A stretch of DNA of 49,088 nt from Eubacteriales bacterium (GCA_045133915.1 JBGUUX010000049.1:1-49088); one strand, 5' to 3'. Positions 1 to 11,106 are shown, numbered from the stretch's first letter. Notes: a model not told the origin generated them from the sequence alone. Made by a program: numbers and translations.

Positions 1-1
1 C

Positions 2-877
2 GGCGAGGTTGTCGGTGTTTGGGAGGACAACCGCGAATGGCAGGATGAGTTCTGCCGTAAGCATAATTTGTATGCTTATTCTTCCCTTGAAGAAATGCTC
101 TCATCCGACGTTGAGGGAGTTATAGTCTGCACCGAGACCTCAAGACATAAAGAGGTCATCTTGAAGCTTATTGAAGCGGGCAAGCATATCTTTACCGAAA
201 AGGTACTTGCTATAACCGATGAGGATGCACAGGAGATTGCAGAGGCGGTAAAGAAAAGCGGACTGCTCTTTGCTATATGCTTCCCTAACATTGCCTACGG
301 CTTTACCCAGACTATCAAGGCAGAGATACTTGACAAGAATCTCCTCGGTAAGGTGAACTCGGTGAGATTCCGCTATTCCCACACTGCTGCAAGTGAGGAC
401 GAGCTTCCCCCGCACTTCTATGACAGAGAGACTGCCGGCGGCGGCTCGGTCATAGACCACGGTGTGCATGGGCTATCGGTTATATATCACCTCTTTGGTC
501 TGCCCACAAGATATAAGTCGATGCTTTCTGTCTCTACAACAAACAAGGGCTCTCTTGAAAAGAACAAGGATATGGTGGAGGACAACTCGATTGCTGTCAT
601 GGCATACGATGACGGAATGATAGCGGTAAACGAATGTTCATCTGTAACCTCGGGACCGCTGACCATCGAGATATGCGGTGAGGTAGGTCGCTGTCTCTTT
701 ACCTGCGATAAGCTGACCATGAAGCTTGAAGGTCAGGACGAGGTGGTAGTTGAAGAAAGTGTCCGTATGTTCCATCCCTTGAAGCAGTTTATGCTTGAGG
801 ATATAGACCCTGCCTTCTCGGTTGATACAGGCGTTGCGGTCACATATATGGTAAATCAGCTATATAAAAATCAGTAA
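2..877 (+). CDS. Gfo/Idh/MocA family NAD(P)-dependent oxidoreductase, 5'-truncated by the window edge
   Basis: Frame is open from base 2 (GEVVGVWEDNREW...), upstream of the TTG used by the ORF track. Contains GKHIFTEK (EKP-like motif) and GGGSVIDHGVH (DxxxH motif). Confidence 0.85.
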   Translation, partial: GEVVGVWEDNREWQDEFCRKHNLYAYSSLEEMLSSDVEGVIVCTETSRHKEVILKLIEAGKHIFTEKVLAITDEDAQEIAEAVKKSGLLFAICFPNIAYGFTQTIKAEILDKNLLGKVNSVRFRYSHTAASEDELPPHFYDRETAGGGSVIDHGVHGLSVIYHLFGLPTRYKSMLSVSTTNKGSLEKNKDMVEDNSIAVMAYDDGMIAVNECSSVTSGPLTIEICGEVGRCLFTCDKLTMKLEGQDEVVVEESVRMFHPLKQFMLEDIDPAFSVDTGVAVTYMVNQLYKNQ

Positions 878-901
878 GGCTAATGCCTTACTGATTTCTT
901 T
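868..901. terminator. Bidirectional intrinsic terminator between convergent genes
   Basis: AAATCAGTAAGGC-TAAT-GCCTTACTGATTT, 13-bp perfect stem with A and T tracts on the flanks. Confidence 0.8.
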
Positions 902-1933
902 TTATTTATACATAACTCCCATACACCATACTACCGCAAGTGCCGTCAGGGTTACAAGTGTATCTATGGTAACACCGTAGAACATAGGTTTGAGTCCCGC
1001 TTTCTTAAAGTCGGTTAGACTGGTGGACAAACCTATCGCCGCAAGTGCGGTGACCATTAAAAATTTACTTGTGTTTTTAATAACCGTAGCTACAGCAACC
1101 GGAATACATCCCACGCTGTTAAGGATGGCAAGTGCCAGAAATCCGCATATAAACCAAGGGATTATCTTTGTGAGTTTAACCTTCTGTCCATTGTTTTCGG
1201 CACTTAACTGCTTACGCTTGATACGCATACTGATATAAGCAAACACCAGAACGGTGGGGATAATTGCAACGGTACGGGTGAGCTTGACCATAGTGGCAAA
1301 GTCACCTGCCGCCTCAGAAAAAGCATATCCCGATGCTACAACACTTGCGGTATCGTTCACCGATGTACCTGCCCATATGCCGTAACCCATATCACCCATA
1401 CCAAGAAGCTTACCCATAATAGGATAAACCGCTACCATTATCATATCAAAGATAAAGGTAGAGGACATAGCAAATGCAACGTCCTTGTCATCTGCTTCGA
1501 TAACAGGAGCAAGCGCCGCTACAGCCGAGCCGCCGCAAATTCCCGTACCGGCAGATATAAGGTTGGAGAGCTTCCAGTTAAGACCGAACAGCTTACGTAT
1601 AAAATATCCTCCGCCAAAACACATGGCAAATGTAAACAACATTACAAAAAAGGTCATCCTACCTACGTTCATAACAGTACCAATAGAAAGGGATGCTCCC
1701 AAAAGTATGATGGCTAACTTTAATATCTTTTTGGATGTAAATTTAAGTGCGGGCTTTATCCATACCGGATGAAAAAAGCTGTTGATTATCGTACCCATAA
1801 AAAGAGCTATTATAGATGCTCCCAGCATTCCTCCCGGAATGAGCTCCTCTAATATAACCGATACGCCTGCAACAGCGAAGCATATTATAATACCCAGCAT
1901 AAACAGAAGGTTGTCTTTAACTTTTGATGTCAT
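902..1933 (-). CDS. YeiH/UPF0324 family putative sulfate exporter membrane protein
   Basis: About 10 hydrophobic segments; family motifs GTGICGGSAVAA, GIWAGTSVNDTASV, TMVKLTR; divergent LysR partner as in yeiE/yeiH. Confidence 0.88.
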   Translation of the reverse strand: MTSKVKDNLLFMLGIIICFAVAGVSVILEELIPGGMLGASIIALFMGTIINSFFHPVWIKPALKFTSKKILKLAIILLGASLSIGTVMNVGRMTFFVMLFTFAMCFGGGYFIRKLFGLNWKLSNLISAGTGICGGSAVAALAPVIEADDKDVAFAMSSTFIFDMIMVAVYPIMGKLLGMGDMGYGIWAGTSVNDTASVVASGYAFSEAAGDFATMVKLTRTVAIIPTVLVFAYISMRIKRKQLSAENNGQKVKLTKIIPWFICGFLALAILNSVGCIPVAVATVIKNTSKFLMVTALAAIGLSTSLTDFKKAGLKPMFYGVTIDTLVTLTALAVVWCMGVMYK

Positions 1934-2041
1934 AATTTTCTCCTTTTTTGTTTTTTACCTATTTATTTTATCATAGTTTTGTGATAAAATAAAGTTATTA
2001 TATGGAATGACCTCATTCCTTTTATTTATTGAAGGTGTAAT

Positions 2042-2905
2042 ATGGATCAAAAGCTTCGTACCTTTCTGACGCTGTGTCAGACTATGAATTACCGTATAGC
2101 CGCAGAAAAACTGCATCTGTCCCAACCTGCGGTTACAAAGCAGATACAATCATTAGAAAACGCATTGCAGACAAAATTGTTTGTTTATGACGGACACTCA
2201 CTGCATAAGACCGAAAAGTGCTTGATGTTGGAGCGTTATGCCATATCTATGCAATATCAGTTTGAGGAGATGCAGTTGGCTATCACAGGCAGAGAACGTT
2301 TAAAACTGAGGGTTGGAGCAACCAAAACTATAGGTGATTACGTTCTTATAGATGCTATCAAGGACTATCTGTCTTCCTCCGATCACGAGTTGTCCCTTGT
2401 AGTTGATAATACCAAGAATCTGTTACAGATGCTTGACGAAAACCGTCTTGACTTTGCGGTTATCGAAGGTAGATTCAGCAAAACTAAATACGATCATTAT
2501 CTTATGCGTATGGAGCCATTTGTAGGTATATGTGCAAAGGACAACCCCTTATGCGGTAAAAACGTAACTGTAGAAGAACTTCTTTGTGAGACTATTATCG
2601 TCCGTGAGGAAGGATCGGGTACCAGACGGATATCTGAGGAAAGATTGGCTGAAGCGGGCTATGAACTAAGCGATTTTTCAAGACAAGTATCTATCAGCAG
2701 CTTTGTATCTATAAAAGCGTTAGTTCAAAGCGGTATAGGAATAAGTTTTTTATATCAATCGGTGGTTATAGGTGATCCCTTGATAGGAACGTTTAAGGTT
2801 GAGCCCGTGACCAATCCTCACCCATTCCACGTAGTGTATACCAGAAACACTAATGCCAAGAGCTATTCTGAGCAATTTCTTTCAAGCACGTTCGATAAAG
2901 ATTGA
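2042..2905 (+). CDS. LysR family transcriptional regulator (YeiE/CysL-like)
   Basis: N-terminal [23 protein letters not shown]; GATKTIG and REEGSGTR motifs; RBS GAAGGTG. Confidence 0.92.
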   Translation: MDQKLRTFLTLCQTMNYRIAAEKLHLSQPAVTKQIQSLENALQTKLFVYDGHSLHKTEKCLMLERYAISMQYQFEEMQLAITGRERLKLRVGATKTIGDYVLIDAIKDYLSSSDHELSLVVDNTKNLLQMLDENRLDFAVIEGRFSKTKYDHYLMRMEPFVGICAKDNPLCGKNVTVEELLCETIIVREEGSGTRRISEERLAEAGYELSDFSRQVSISSFVSIKALVQSGIGISFLYQSVVIGDPLIGTFKVEPVTNPHPFHVVYTRNTNAKSYSEQFLSSTFDKD

Positions 2906-2930
2906 AATATGGGAAAAGCTATGGTATAAT
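2902..2930 (+). promoter_or_regulatory. sigma-A promoter of uvrB
   Basis: TTGAAA-17 nt-TATAAT with extended -10 TG. Confidence 0.7.
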
Positions 2931-2963
2931 GATATAATAGAAAATTATTTCACGAGGAAAGCT

Positions 2964-4937
2964 ATGCAGGATAATAAGTTTAAGTTAGTTTCTCCATATT
3001 CTCCAACCGGTGATCAGCCACAAGCCATAGACAAGCTCTCGGCAGGTGTTGAAGCCGGTCTTGACAAGCAGGTGCTTCTTGGTGTTACAGGCTCGGGTAA
3101 AACCTTTACTATGGCAAATATCATTGCCAACGTAAACAAGCCTACCCTTGTTTTGGCTCATAACAAGACCCTTGCGGCTCAGCTATGTGCTGAGTTTAAA
3201 GAGTTCTTCCCCGAGAATGCAGTTGAATATTTTGTTTCCTACTACGATTATTATCAGCCCGAGGCCTATATCCCCGGCAAGGATACCTATATCGAAAAGG
3301 ATTCCTCTGTCAATGACGAGATAGACAAGCTCCGTCATTCTGCTACCTCGGCTCTCTTTGAGCGCCGTGACGTTATTGTTGTTTCCTCGGTTTCCTGCAT
3401 ATATACTCTCGGTGACCCCAATGAATACAACAGCCTTCTTATAGGCATCCGTGTAGGCGGCATTATGGACCGCGATGAGTTTATCCGTCGTCTTATCGCT
3501 ATCAAATACGACCGAAACGATATCAACTTTACCCGTAACAAATTTAGGGTAAGAGGCGACGTGGTAGAGGTGTTCCCTGCCTCGTCGGATAATGTGGGCG
3601 TAAGAGTAGAATTTTTTGACGATGAGATAACCCGTATTTCTGAATTCAATATCGTAACCGGCAAGGTCATACAGGACGTCAGCTATACCGCAATCTTCCC
3701 CGCTACCCACTATGCCGTATCCGATGAGCGCCGTGAGAAGGCTCTTGAGGAGATCGAGGCGGAAATGGAGGAGCGTGTTGAGTACTTTAAGGCTAACAAC
3801 AAGCTTATCGAGGCACAGCGTATCGAGGAGCGTACCCTCTACGACCTTGAGATGATGCGTGAAATCGGCTACTGTTCGGGTGTTGAGAACTACTCGAGAG
3901 TTCTCTCAGGCAGAGAGCCCGGCTCTGTGCCCTATACTCTGCTTGACTATTTTCCCAAGGACTTTCTGCTGTTTGTAGATGAAAGTCATGTTACATTACC
4001 TCAGGTAAGAGGTATGAGCGGCGGCGACCACGCAAGAAAGAAAAATCTCGTAGACTACGGTTTCAGACTTCCCTCGGCTTATGACAACAGACCCCTTGTA
4101 TTCGAGGAGTTTGAGGATAAATTAAATCAAACCATATATGTAAGCGCCACCCCCGGTCCCTATGAAAAGGAAAACACCAAGCAGACGGTTGAACAGATAA
4201 TCCGACCTACGGGACTTCTGGACCCTGAGGTTGAGGTAAGAGGTGTAGAAGGACAGATAGACGACCTTATCGGTGAGATAAGAGAGCGTACCGAAAAGGG
4301 TGAACGTGTGCTCGTTACCACTCTTACAAAGAAGATGGCAGAGGATCTGACAGAGTTCCTTGAGCTTAATCTCATTAAGGTAAAGTACATCCACCACAAC
4401 GTTGAGACCATGGAGCGTACCGAGATAATAAGAGATCTCAGACTCGGCGTGTTTGACGTGCTTGTGGGTATCAACCTCTTAAGAGAGGGTCTTGACATCC
4501 CCGAGGTGTCCCTTGTGGCTATACTTGATGCGGACAAGGAAGGACTGCTGCGTAGTGAGACCGCCCTTATACAGACCATAGGCCGTGCGGCACGTAACGT
4601 AAACGGCAAGGTTATCATGTATGCGGACAAGATAACAAATGCTATGCAGACCGCAATAGATGAGACCAACCGCCGTAGAGGTATTCAGGAGGCTTACAAC
4701 CGTGAAAACGGCATCGAGCCCAAGAGCGTACAAAAGACGGTACGTGATCTTATACAGATCGGTGTTAAGGATAAGGGCAAACGTAAGGAAAGCAACCGCA
4801 AGCTCTCGCCCAAGCAGAAAGCGGCTCTCATCGAGCAGCTTAATACCGAGATGCGTGAAGCTGCAGCAGCTCTTGACTTTGAAAAAGCGGCAATTATACG
4901 AGATCAGATTGCTGCACTTAAAGACGAAGACAAATAA
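2964..4937 (+). CDS. uvrB: Excinuclease ABC subunit B
   Basis: PTGDQPQAI, Walker [19 protein letters not shown] beta-hairpin, DESH, C-terminal UVR domain. Start placed at ATG 2964 behind RBS GAGGA rather than at 2853. Confidence 0.97.
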   Translation: MQDNKFKLVSPYSPTGDQPQAIDKLSAGVEAGLDKQVLLGVTGSGKTFTMANIIANVNKPTLVLAHNKTLAAQLCAEFKEFFPENAVEYFVSYYDYYQPEAYIPGKDTYIEKDSSVNDEIDKLRHSATSALFERRDVIVVSSVSCIYTLGDPNEYNSLLIGIRVGGIMDRDEFIRRLIAIKYDRNDINFTRNKFRVRGDVVEVFPASSDNVGVRVEFFDDEITRISEFNIVTGKVIQDVSYTAIFPATHYAVSDERREKALEEIEAEMEERVEYFKANNKLIEAQRIEERTLYDLEMMREIGYCSGVENYSRVLSGREPGSVPYTLLDYFPKDFLLFVDESHVTLPQVRGMSGGDHARKKNLVDYGFRLPSAYDNRPLVFEEFEDKLNQTIYVSATPGPYEKENTKQTVEQIIRPTGLLDPEVEVRGVEGQIDDLIGEIRERTEKGERVLVTTLTKKMAEDLTEFLELNLIKVKYIHHNVETMERTEIIRDLRLGVFDVLVGINLLREGLDIPEVSLVAILDADKEGLLRSETALIQTIGRAARNVNGKVIMYADKITNAMQTAIDETNRRRGIQEAYNRENGIEPKSVQKTVRDLIQIGVKDKGKRKESNRKLSPKQKAALIEQLNTEMREAAAALDFEKAAIIRDQIAALKDEDK

Positions 4938-4949
4938 TGCAAAATTAAG

Positions 4950-4983
4950 AAAGACTTTTGGCTAATGCCAAAAGTCTTTTTTT
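4950..4983 (+). terminator. Intrinsic terminator after uvrB
   Basis: AAAGACTTTTGGC-TAAT-GCCAAAAGTCTTT followed by a T run. Confidence 0.8.
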
Positions 4984-4991
4984 ATTATATC

Positions 4992-5020
4992 TTTACTTAT
5001 TTTTTTATGTATGGTATAAT
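4992..5020 (+). promoter_or_regulatory. sigma-A promoter of uvrA
   Basis: TTTACT-17 nt-TATAAT with extended -10 TG. Confidence 0.65.
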
Positions 5021-5066
5021 AATATGATAGAAATGAAATTTTCAATTTTTCATATGGAGTTACTGT

Positions 5067-7904
5067 ATGTCAAACAAAAATCTTACTATTACAGGAGCAA
5101 GGGTACACAATCTGAAAAACGTGGATATCTCTATTCCCCGTGATAAACTGGTTGTCTTTACCGGTCTTTCGGGATCGGGTAAAAGTTCCCTTGCATTTGA
5201 TACAATATACGCCGAGGGACACAGACGCTTTGTAGAGTCTCTGTCCTCTTATGCCCGTATGTTCTTGGGTCAGCTGGACAAACCTGACGTAGACTCGATA
5301 GAGGGACTTTCTCCCGCTATATCCATAGATCAGAAGACCACCTCCAAGAACCCCCGTTCTACCGTAGGTACCGTTACCGAGATATACGATTATCTGCGTC
5401 TTTTGTATGCCCGTGTGGGTATTCCTCATTGTCCCATATGCGGACGTGAGATAAGACAGCAGACTGTAGACCAGATCATAGATAAGATCATGTCTCTGCC
5501 TGAAGGAACCCGATTTATGGTGCTTGCCCCCGTAGTCAAGGCAAAGAAGGGTATGCACGAAAAGGTCTTTGAAAAGGCCCGTAAAAGCGGTTACGTACGT
5601 GTACGTGTAGATGGGATAATGTATGATCTCAGCGAGGAGATAAGCCTTGACAAAAACATCAAGCATACCGTTGAGATAGTTATAGACCGTCTTGTAATGC
5701 GTGAGACGATACGCTCACGTCTTTCTGACTCTCTGGAAAGTGCCCTTGCGCTCACCGAGGGTATCTGCGCTATAGCAATAGTTACCCGAGAGGGTGAAGA
5801 ATACGAGGGCGAAAAAGAGCTTTCTTTCTCACTTAACTATGCCTGTGAGGAGCACGGTATCAGTATAGGTGAACTTTCTCCCCGTATGTTTTCGTTCAAC
5901 AATCCCCTGGGAGCTTGTCCTACCTGTCTTGGTATAGGTGAGCTTCCCCGTGTTTCCTACGAGCGTGTCATCCCCGACAAGACCCTGTCACTGCGTGAAG
6001 GTGCGATACAGGTAAACGGCTTTAAGACTATGGATGAGTTCACCTGGACAGGCCCCGTTATACTTGAGGTTGGTAAGAAATACGGTTTTGACCTTGATAC
6101 CAAGATATGCGACTATTCTCCCGAGGCTCTTGAGGTAATGCTCTACGGTTGCGATGAAAAGATCAACGTAGTACGTTATTTTGACGGTGTGGCTCACCCT
6201 GCAAAGGATGTAAAATACGACGGTATAATCAACATCATTCAGCAGAGATACGAGCAGTCTAACAACGAATATTATCAGGAGTTTATAGACGAGGTTCCCT
6301 GTCCCAAGTGTAAGGGTATGCGTCTGTCAAAGGAGATACTCAGCGTTACGGTAGGCGGTAAGAATATACACGAGTTCTGCGTTCAGTCGGTGGCAGAAGC
6401 AATTAAGTTCGTAGACGAACTTCAGTTTACCGAGACAGAAATGCAGATCGCCCGTGAGATAATCAAGGAAATACGATCAAGGCTTGAGTTTATGATGAAC
6501 GTGGGTCTTGACTATCTTACCCTCAACCGTAAGGCAGGAACTCTCTCCGGTGGTGAAGCTCAGCGTATCAGACTTGCCACACAGATAGGTTCTTCCCTTA
6601 TGGGCGTTCTCTACATCCTTGACGAGCCCAGTATAGGTCTGCATCAGCGTGATAACTCTAAGCTCATAGACACCCTCAAAAAGCTCCGTGACGTTGGTAA
6701 TAGCCTTATTGTTGTTGAGCATGACGAGGAGACCATGCTTGAGTCCGACTACATCGTTGATATAGGTCCCGGTGCAGGTATACACGGCGGTCATATCGTT
6801 TCTCAGGGTACTCCCGCTGAGGTTATGGCTGATGAAAACTCTATTACCGGCAGATTCCTCTCCGGTAAAGAAAAGATAGACGTGCCCAAAACAAGAAGAA
6901 GCGGCAACGGCAAAACTATAAAGATAGTGGGTGCTAAGGAAAACAACCTTAAAAACGTTGACGTTGAGATCCCCTTAGGCGAGTTTGTATGCGTAACAGG
7001 CGTTTCAGGCTCGGGTAAGTCCTCACTTATAAATGCAATACTCAAGCGTTCACTCTCTCATACCCTTAACCGTGCCATAACCTTCCCCGGCAAGCATGAC
7101 CGCATTGAGGGAACAGAAAATCTGGACAAGGTAATAGATATTGACCAGGCTCCCATAGGCAGAACTCCCAGATCCAACCCTGCCACATATACAGGTGTGT
7201 TCACAGATCTAAGAGAGCTTTTTGCTGCTACCCCCGATGCAAAGCAGAGAGGCTATAAGGCAAACCGCTTCTCATTTAACCTTAAGGGCGGACGTTGCGA
7301 GGCCTGCGAGGGAGACGGCGTAAAAAAGATAGAAATGCACTTTTTACCCGACGTATACGTTACCTGCGACGTATGTAAGGGACAGAGATATAACCGCGAC
7401 ACCCTCGAGGTAAAATACAAGGGCAAGAGCATATATGACGTCCTTGATATGAGTGTTGAGGAGGCTCTTGAGTTCTTCTCCAGCTTACCCAAGATCAAGC
7501 GTAAGCTCCAGACCCTCTTTGACGTGGGCTTGGGTTATATTAAGCTCGGTCAGTCCTCCACACAGCTCTCGGGCGGTGAGGCACAGCGAGTTAAGTTAGC
7601 TACAGAGCTCTCCAAGCGCTCTACAGGCAGAACCATATATATCCTTGACGAGCCTACCACAGGACTTCATTCAGCCGACGTAAAGAAGCTGATAGAGGTA
7701 TTACAGCGTCTTGTTGATACCGGAAACACCGTGGTGGTTATAGAGCATAATCTTGATATGATAAAAACTGCCGACTATATAATAGACCTCGGTCCCGAGG
7801 GTGGTGACAAGGGCGGTACTATAGTTGCCACCGGAACACCCGAAGAAGTGGCAAAGTGTAAGAAATCCTATACGGGACAGTATCTCAAAAAGATATTGAA
7901 ATAA
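5067..7904 (+). CDS. uvrA: Excinuclease ABC subunit A
   Basis: Two ABC ATPase modules ([16 protein letters not shown]; two LSGGEAQR), CxxC zinc modules, 945 aa. Confidence 0.98.
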   Translation: MSNKNLTITGARVHNLKNVDISIPRDKLVVFTGLSGSGKSSLAFDTIYAEGHRRFVESLSSYARMFLGQLDKPDVDSIEGLSPAISIDQKTTSKNPRSTVGTVTEIYDYLRLLYARVGIPHCPICGREIRQQTVDQIIDKIMSLPEGTRFMVLAPVVKAKKGMHEKVFEKARKSGYVRVRVDGIMYDLSEEISLDKNIKHTVEIVIDRLVMRETIRSRLSDSLESALALTEGICAIAIVTREGEEYEGEKELSFSLNYACEEHGISIGELSPRMFSFNNPLGACPTCLGIGELPRVSYERVIPDKTLSLREGAIQVNGFKTMDEFTWTGPVILEVGKKYGFDLDTKICDYSPEALEVMLYGCDEKINVVRYFDGVAHPAKDVKYDGIINIIQQRYEQSNNEYYQEFIDEVPCPKCKGMRLSKEILSVTVGGKNIHEFCVQSVAEAIKFVDELQFTETEMQIAREIIKEIRSRLEFMMNVGLDYLTLNRKAGTLSGGEAQRIRLATQIGSSLMGVLYILDEPSIGLHQRDNSKLIDTLKKLRDVGNSLIVVEHDEETMLESDYIVDIGPGAGIHGGHIVSQGTPAEVMADENSITGRFLSGKEKIDVPKTRRSGNGKTIKIVGAKENNLKNVDVEIPLGEFVCVTGVSGSGKSSLINAILKRSLSHTLNRAITFPGKHDRIEGTENLDKVIDIDQAPIGRTPRSNPATYTGVFTDLRELFAATPDAKQRGYKANRFSFNLKGGRCEACEGDGVKKIEMHFLPDVYVTCDVCKGQRYNRDTLEVKYKGKSIYDVLDMSVEEALEFFSSLPKIKRKLQTLFDVGLGYIKLGQSSTQLSGGEAQRVKLATELSKRSTGRTIYILDEPTTGLHSADVKKLIEVLQRLVDTGNTVVVIEHNLDMIKTADYIIDLGPEGGDKGGTIVATGTPEEVAKCKKSYTGQYLKKILK

Positions 7905-7927
7905 GGCGGTAAATTACCGCCTTATTT
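7899..7927. terminator. Bidirectional terminator containing both convergent stop codons
   Basis: AAATAAGGCGGT-AAATT-ACCGCCTTATTT. Confidence 0.8.
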
Positions 7928-8857
7928 TAATATCTCTCTGATTATATATCTGGGCCTATGCTTGGTCTCGCCGTATATCTTACCGATATACTCCCCTATA
8001 ACACCGAGACATAATATTTGTAATCCGCTGAGAATACCGATTGCAGACATCATTATCCCATATGAACCCTCACAAATAAACGATACTATCAATGATACGG
8101 TGCATATCAGAAAAATTACCGTTCCAAGAAAGGTTATAAATCTCAAGGGTTTAACGCTACATGAAGTTATGCCGTCTACAGCAAAGGAAAGCATTTTTCT
8201 TAACGGATATTTTGACTCGCCCATACAACGCTCATTGCGCTCATAATAGGATATATCTGTTTTATATCCGAGTTGCGGAACTATACCTCTAAGAAAAACA
8301 TTGATCTCCTTATATTCGCTTAAAGCGTCAAGCGTTCTGCGGTTCATCAAACGGCAGTCTGCGTGATTGAATACTATCTCAACTCCCATTATGTTCATAA
8401 ACTTATAAAAACCCTCTGCCGTAGCTCTCTTAAAGAAACTGTCCTTGGCTCTTGAACTGCGGACTCCATATACGATATCTGCACCTTTACCATACTTTAT
8501 CAGCATATCGTCTATAACATTTATATCATCTTGCAGATCTGCATCCATACTTACAGTGATATCACAATATTCCTTGGCATACATTAATCCTGCCAACAGC
8601 GCGTTTTGATGCCCTCTGTTTCTTGACAGATCTATCCCTGTAAAGATAGGGTCTGATTTATGTAACTCGGTTATTAACGTCCACGTCCTGTCCCGTGAGC
8701 CGTCGTTTACAAAGACAACCCTGCTGTCACTGCTTATACTTCCTTTTTCTATCAGTATATACAGCTTATCCCTCACACACTCTGCCGTTAGGGGTAATAT
8801 CTCCTCCTCGTTGTAACAAGGGATAACTAAATATAATACGGGAATACCGTTATTCAT
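7922..8857 (-). CDS. GT2 family polyprenol-phosphate glycosyltransferase (GtrB/YkoT/CsbB-like)
   Basis: VIPCYNEE, VNDGSRDRT, RNRGHQNALLAG, DADLQD, two C-terminal TM helices, GVIGEYIGKIY..KHRPRY. Confidence 0.92.
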   Translation of the reverse strand: MNNGIPVLYLVIPCYNEEEILPLTAECVRDKLYILIEKGSISSDSRVVFVNDGSRDRTWTLITELHKSDPIFTGIDLSRNRGHQNALLAGLMYAKEYCDITVSMDADLQDDINVIDDMLIKYGKGADIVYGVRSSRAKDSFFKRATAEGFYKFMNIMGVEIVFNHADCRLMNRRTLDALSEYKEINVFLRGIVPQLGYKTDISYYERNERCMGESKYPLRKMLSFAVDGITSCSVKPLRFITFLGTVIFLICTVSLIVSFICEGSYGIMMSAIGILSGLQILCLGVIGEYIGKIYGETKHRPRYIIREILK

Positions 8858-10913
8858 TTTCTCTGCGCTCCTTCTTAAACAATACTAAATACTCAACACC
8901 GAGAACAGCTACGCATAATATGATATATCCTGCCATACTGTACAAAGACCTCGGCTCGGTATTTAACACTTCGAACATCATATCGCCCGTTTCTTTTTTA
9001 CCGTTTAGGTACAGCTCACCCTTGGGATAATAATCGAATCCTTCCTTGTACGATATATATATCTGTACGCCCTCATCAGTGTCGGTACTTAGTCTAATAC
9101 TGTACTTACCCTCGGTATAGGCATCATCGAATTTAATACTTGTATACTTACCGTCATTAAGCTCCGAAAATTTGATATCCTTTTCATAGACTATTTCGGA
9201 ACCGTCCCTGATAAGCTCTAATTTATATATACCGTTGGGAGAAGCATTCTCTGTTTTGAACTTTAATCTCAGCTCGTCAAAATCTCCGTATAGGTCAAGA
9301 GTCTGAGTCAACACGGTATCTTTGTCAAGAGAAATACATTTTACCTTCTTGACAGTATCCTTCGCTATTATATTGCTTCTGTCTTCTACCTTCATACAGG
9401 TAAAGATACCTATACAGAGAGCAACAGCCGTAACAGCCGCAACTGTGTATTTGATATAACGTATCGGCTTACTACTGAGATCATAGCTGTATTCGGGAGC
9501 ATAGGCACAAAGTATTATCATCCACGGCAAAAAGGACAATCCGTATCTGGGACATACCTCCCACGCCAGATAGAAGATTACTGCACCGAACATAGCAATG
9601 GCTATGACCGAATATCTGTTTTCCCTTAACAATCTCAGCAGAGCGGATATACAAAGAACTAATACACCTATCTTATTTACCTGCAGTATGTAGTTCAAGA
9701 CTATATTTTCATCCTCGATCAGATATCTGTATATTCTGTTGTAGTTTCCGCTAAGCTCCAGATATTTCTGATAGCTGTAATCACCCTTTGCCCACACAGC
9801 GTTTATCTTTCCCACCGCAAGCTTGAGAGTTCCGTCGAAGCCGAGTTCCTTCAGTCTGTTCCTTATCTCGTTGATATTCAGCTCCGTTCTTTCCTCCTTG
9901 TTTTCGGCACTGTAGCTCATATCATAATCCGATTGACTGTAATATCCTCCGCTTTTTTCGTTTACACCCATCATAATCCAATGAGTAATAGGAAATTCCT
10001 TCGACGGATCGTTTTCGGTAAAAAACTGCACTTCAAGCGAGTTTATCACCGTTAATGTCAGCACAGCTGACAGAAGTATAGGAACCATACATTGAACAAA
10101 AGCTCTGAACTTTTTCGACAATATCTGATATACGAAATATGCTATAAGTATAAATACCGATACCGCCCTTATCTTATATCCTATAACAGCTATCGCCCCT
10201 ATTATAAGGGAATAAAATATACTCGTGCCGAGTTTATTTTCTGTTTCATTTTTGATTATCAAATAAAACAGTAATGCCGCAAAAGGCAACATAAGTATGT
10301 CGGTATAATAATAAGGTGCGTAAAGATAAAAAATCGGGGATAGTACGCATATAAACAAACATACCAACGCTTTGTGTCTGTTCGTTATCAGCTTTACAGC
10401 CTTGTATGTTAAAAGACTCGTTATACTGACAGATATACTGCTTAAAAAACCGAAAACAATATCCGTATGTTCCGGAGATATTCTGCTGACCCAGTATAAA
10501 AACATCAGCAAAAACTTGTTGTTTGGATATACCGAATAATAGTTATCGTTCAATATTCTACCCGTTTCTCTCAAGCTGTTTATTTCGGTGAGTATATGTA
10601 TCAGATCCACCTGCGGTATACTGCTGACGACCTGCGTAACTAAAAACAGTAATAAAAACTGGCATATCAGTAGGATGGCTACAAGTATGTTCTGCCTTTT
10701 CTCATTAAGAGTAATGGCAAAACGGTAAAGCTTAATAACAAAAAATAAATATATCAGAGAACCCGTTATCAACAAAACAGGGTTCAAAGTATCATAACTT
10801 CTGTTAGTGTAGAAAAAGCAAGCCCCGATTAAAGCGATCGTAAATACTGCTATCGTGATTAAAAGTATTGTCTTATAAATATACTTAAATATATTGTTGA
10901 CGACCTTTTTCAT
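8850..10913 (-). CDS. Multi-TM membrane protein, probable GT-C fold lipid-linked glycosyltransferase with a C-terminal extracytoplasmic domain
   Basis: About 12-13 TM segments; YYSVYPNN, YYTD, HWIMMG and WEVCPRY motifs typical of GT39/PMT-like proteins; overlaps the GT2 gene by 8 nt. Start ATG 10913 follows GGGGAG (10925 is an alternative). Confidence 0.7.
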   Translation of the reverse strand: MKKVVNNIFKYIYKTILLITIAVFTIALIGACFFYTNRSYDTLNPVLLITGSLIYLFFVIKLYRFAITLNEKRQNILVAILLICQFLLLFLVTQVVSSIPQVDLIHILTEINSLRETGRILNDNYYSVYPNNKFLLMFLYWVSRISPEHTDIVFGFLSSISVSITSLLTYKAVKLITNRHKALVCLFICVLSPIFYLYAPYYYTDILMLPFAALLFYLIIKNETENKLGTSIFYSLIIGAIAVIGYKIRAVSVFILIAYFVYQILSKKFRAFVQCMVPILLSAVLTLTVINSLEVQFFTENDPSKEFPITHWIMMGVNEKSGGYYSQSDYDMSYSAENKEERTELNINEIRNRLKELGFDGTLKLAVGKINAVWAKGDYSYQKYLELSGNYNRIYRYLIEDENIVLNYILQVNKIGVLVLCISALLRLLRENRYSVIAIAMFGAVIFYLAWEVCPRYGLSFLPWMIILCAYAPEYSYDLSSKPIRYIKYTVAAVTAVALCIGIFTCMKVEDRSNIIAKDTVKKVKCISLDKDTVLTQTLDLYGDFDELRLKFKTENASPNGIYKLELIRDGSEIVYEKDIKFSELNDGKYTSIKFDDAYTEGKYSIRLSTDTDEGVQIYISYKEGFDYYPKGELYLNGKKETGDMMFEVLNTEPRSLYSMAGYIILCVAVLGVEYLVLFKKERRENE

Positions 10914-10934
10914 TTTCTCCCCCATTTCGATAAT

Positions 10935-11006
10935 ATAATATACTCACCGACAAGCCAAGTCAATCGATTTAACGCTATCTTAAGGTAACATTAAATAAAT
11001 CTTAAG
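10935..11006 (-). promoter_or_regulatory. Promoter of the GT pair with four phased TTAA repeats upstream of the -35
   Basis: Minus-strand TTGACT (10963-10958)-17 nt-TATTAT; TTAA at 10969, 10980, 10991 and 11002 (exact 11-bp period). Confidence 0.55.
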
Positions 11007-11106
11007 ATATGACAAACAATCACTCAAACGGTATAAGACATCATAGTTCATTTTGAAATAACCATTTTTGTATTTCTATGAGAGCAATAATATCAGTTAT
11101 TTGTTT

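Noticed and set aside
2880-2952. Possible LexA/SOS boxes (CACGTTCG; GAAA-ATTA-TTTC) near uvrB
   Set aside because: Only a half site or a doubly mismatched version of GAAC-N4-GTTC, with no counterpart at uvrA.
2853-2963. 37-aa N-terminal extension of UvrB in the ORF track
   Set aside because: Overlaps the LysR gene end and the uvrB promoter; the RBS and homology start at ATG 2964.
4958-5143. Short ORF-track calls in intergenic or overlapping positions (4958-5143, 1955-2149, 11444-11635, 36113-36301)
   Set aside because: They span terminators, promoters or the riboswitch, lack RBSs and show no protein-like motifs.
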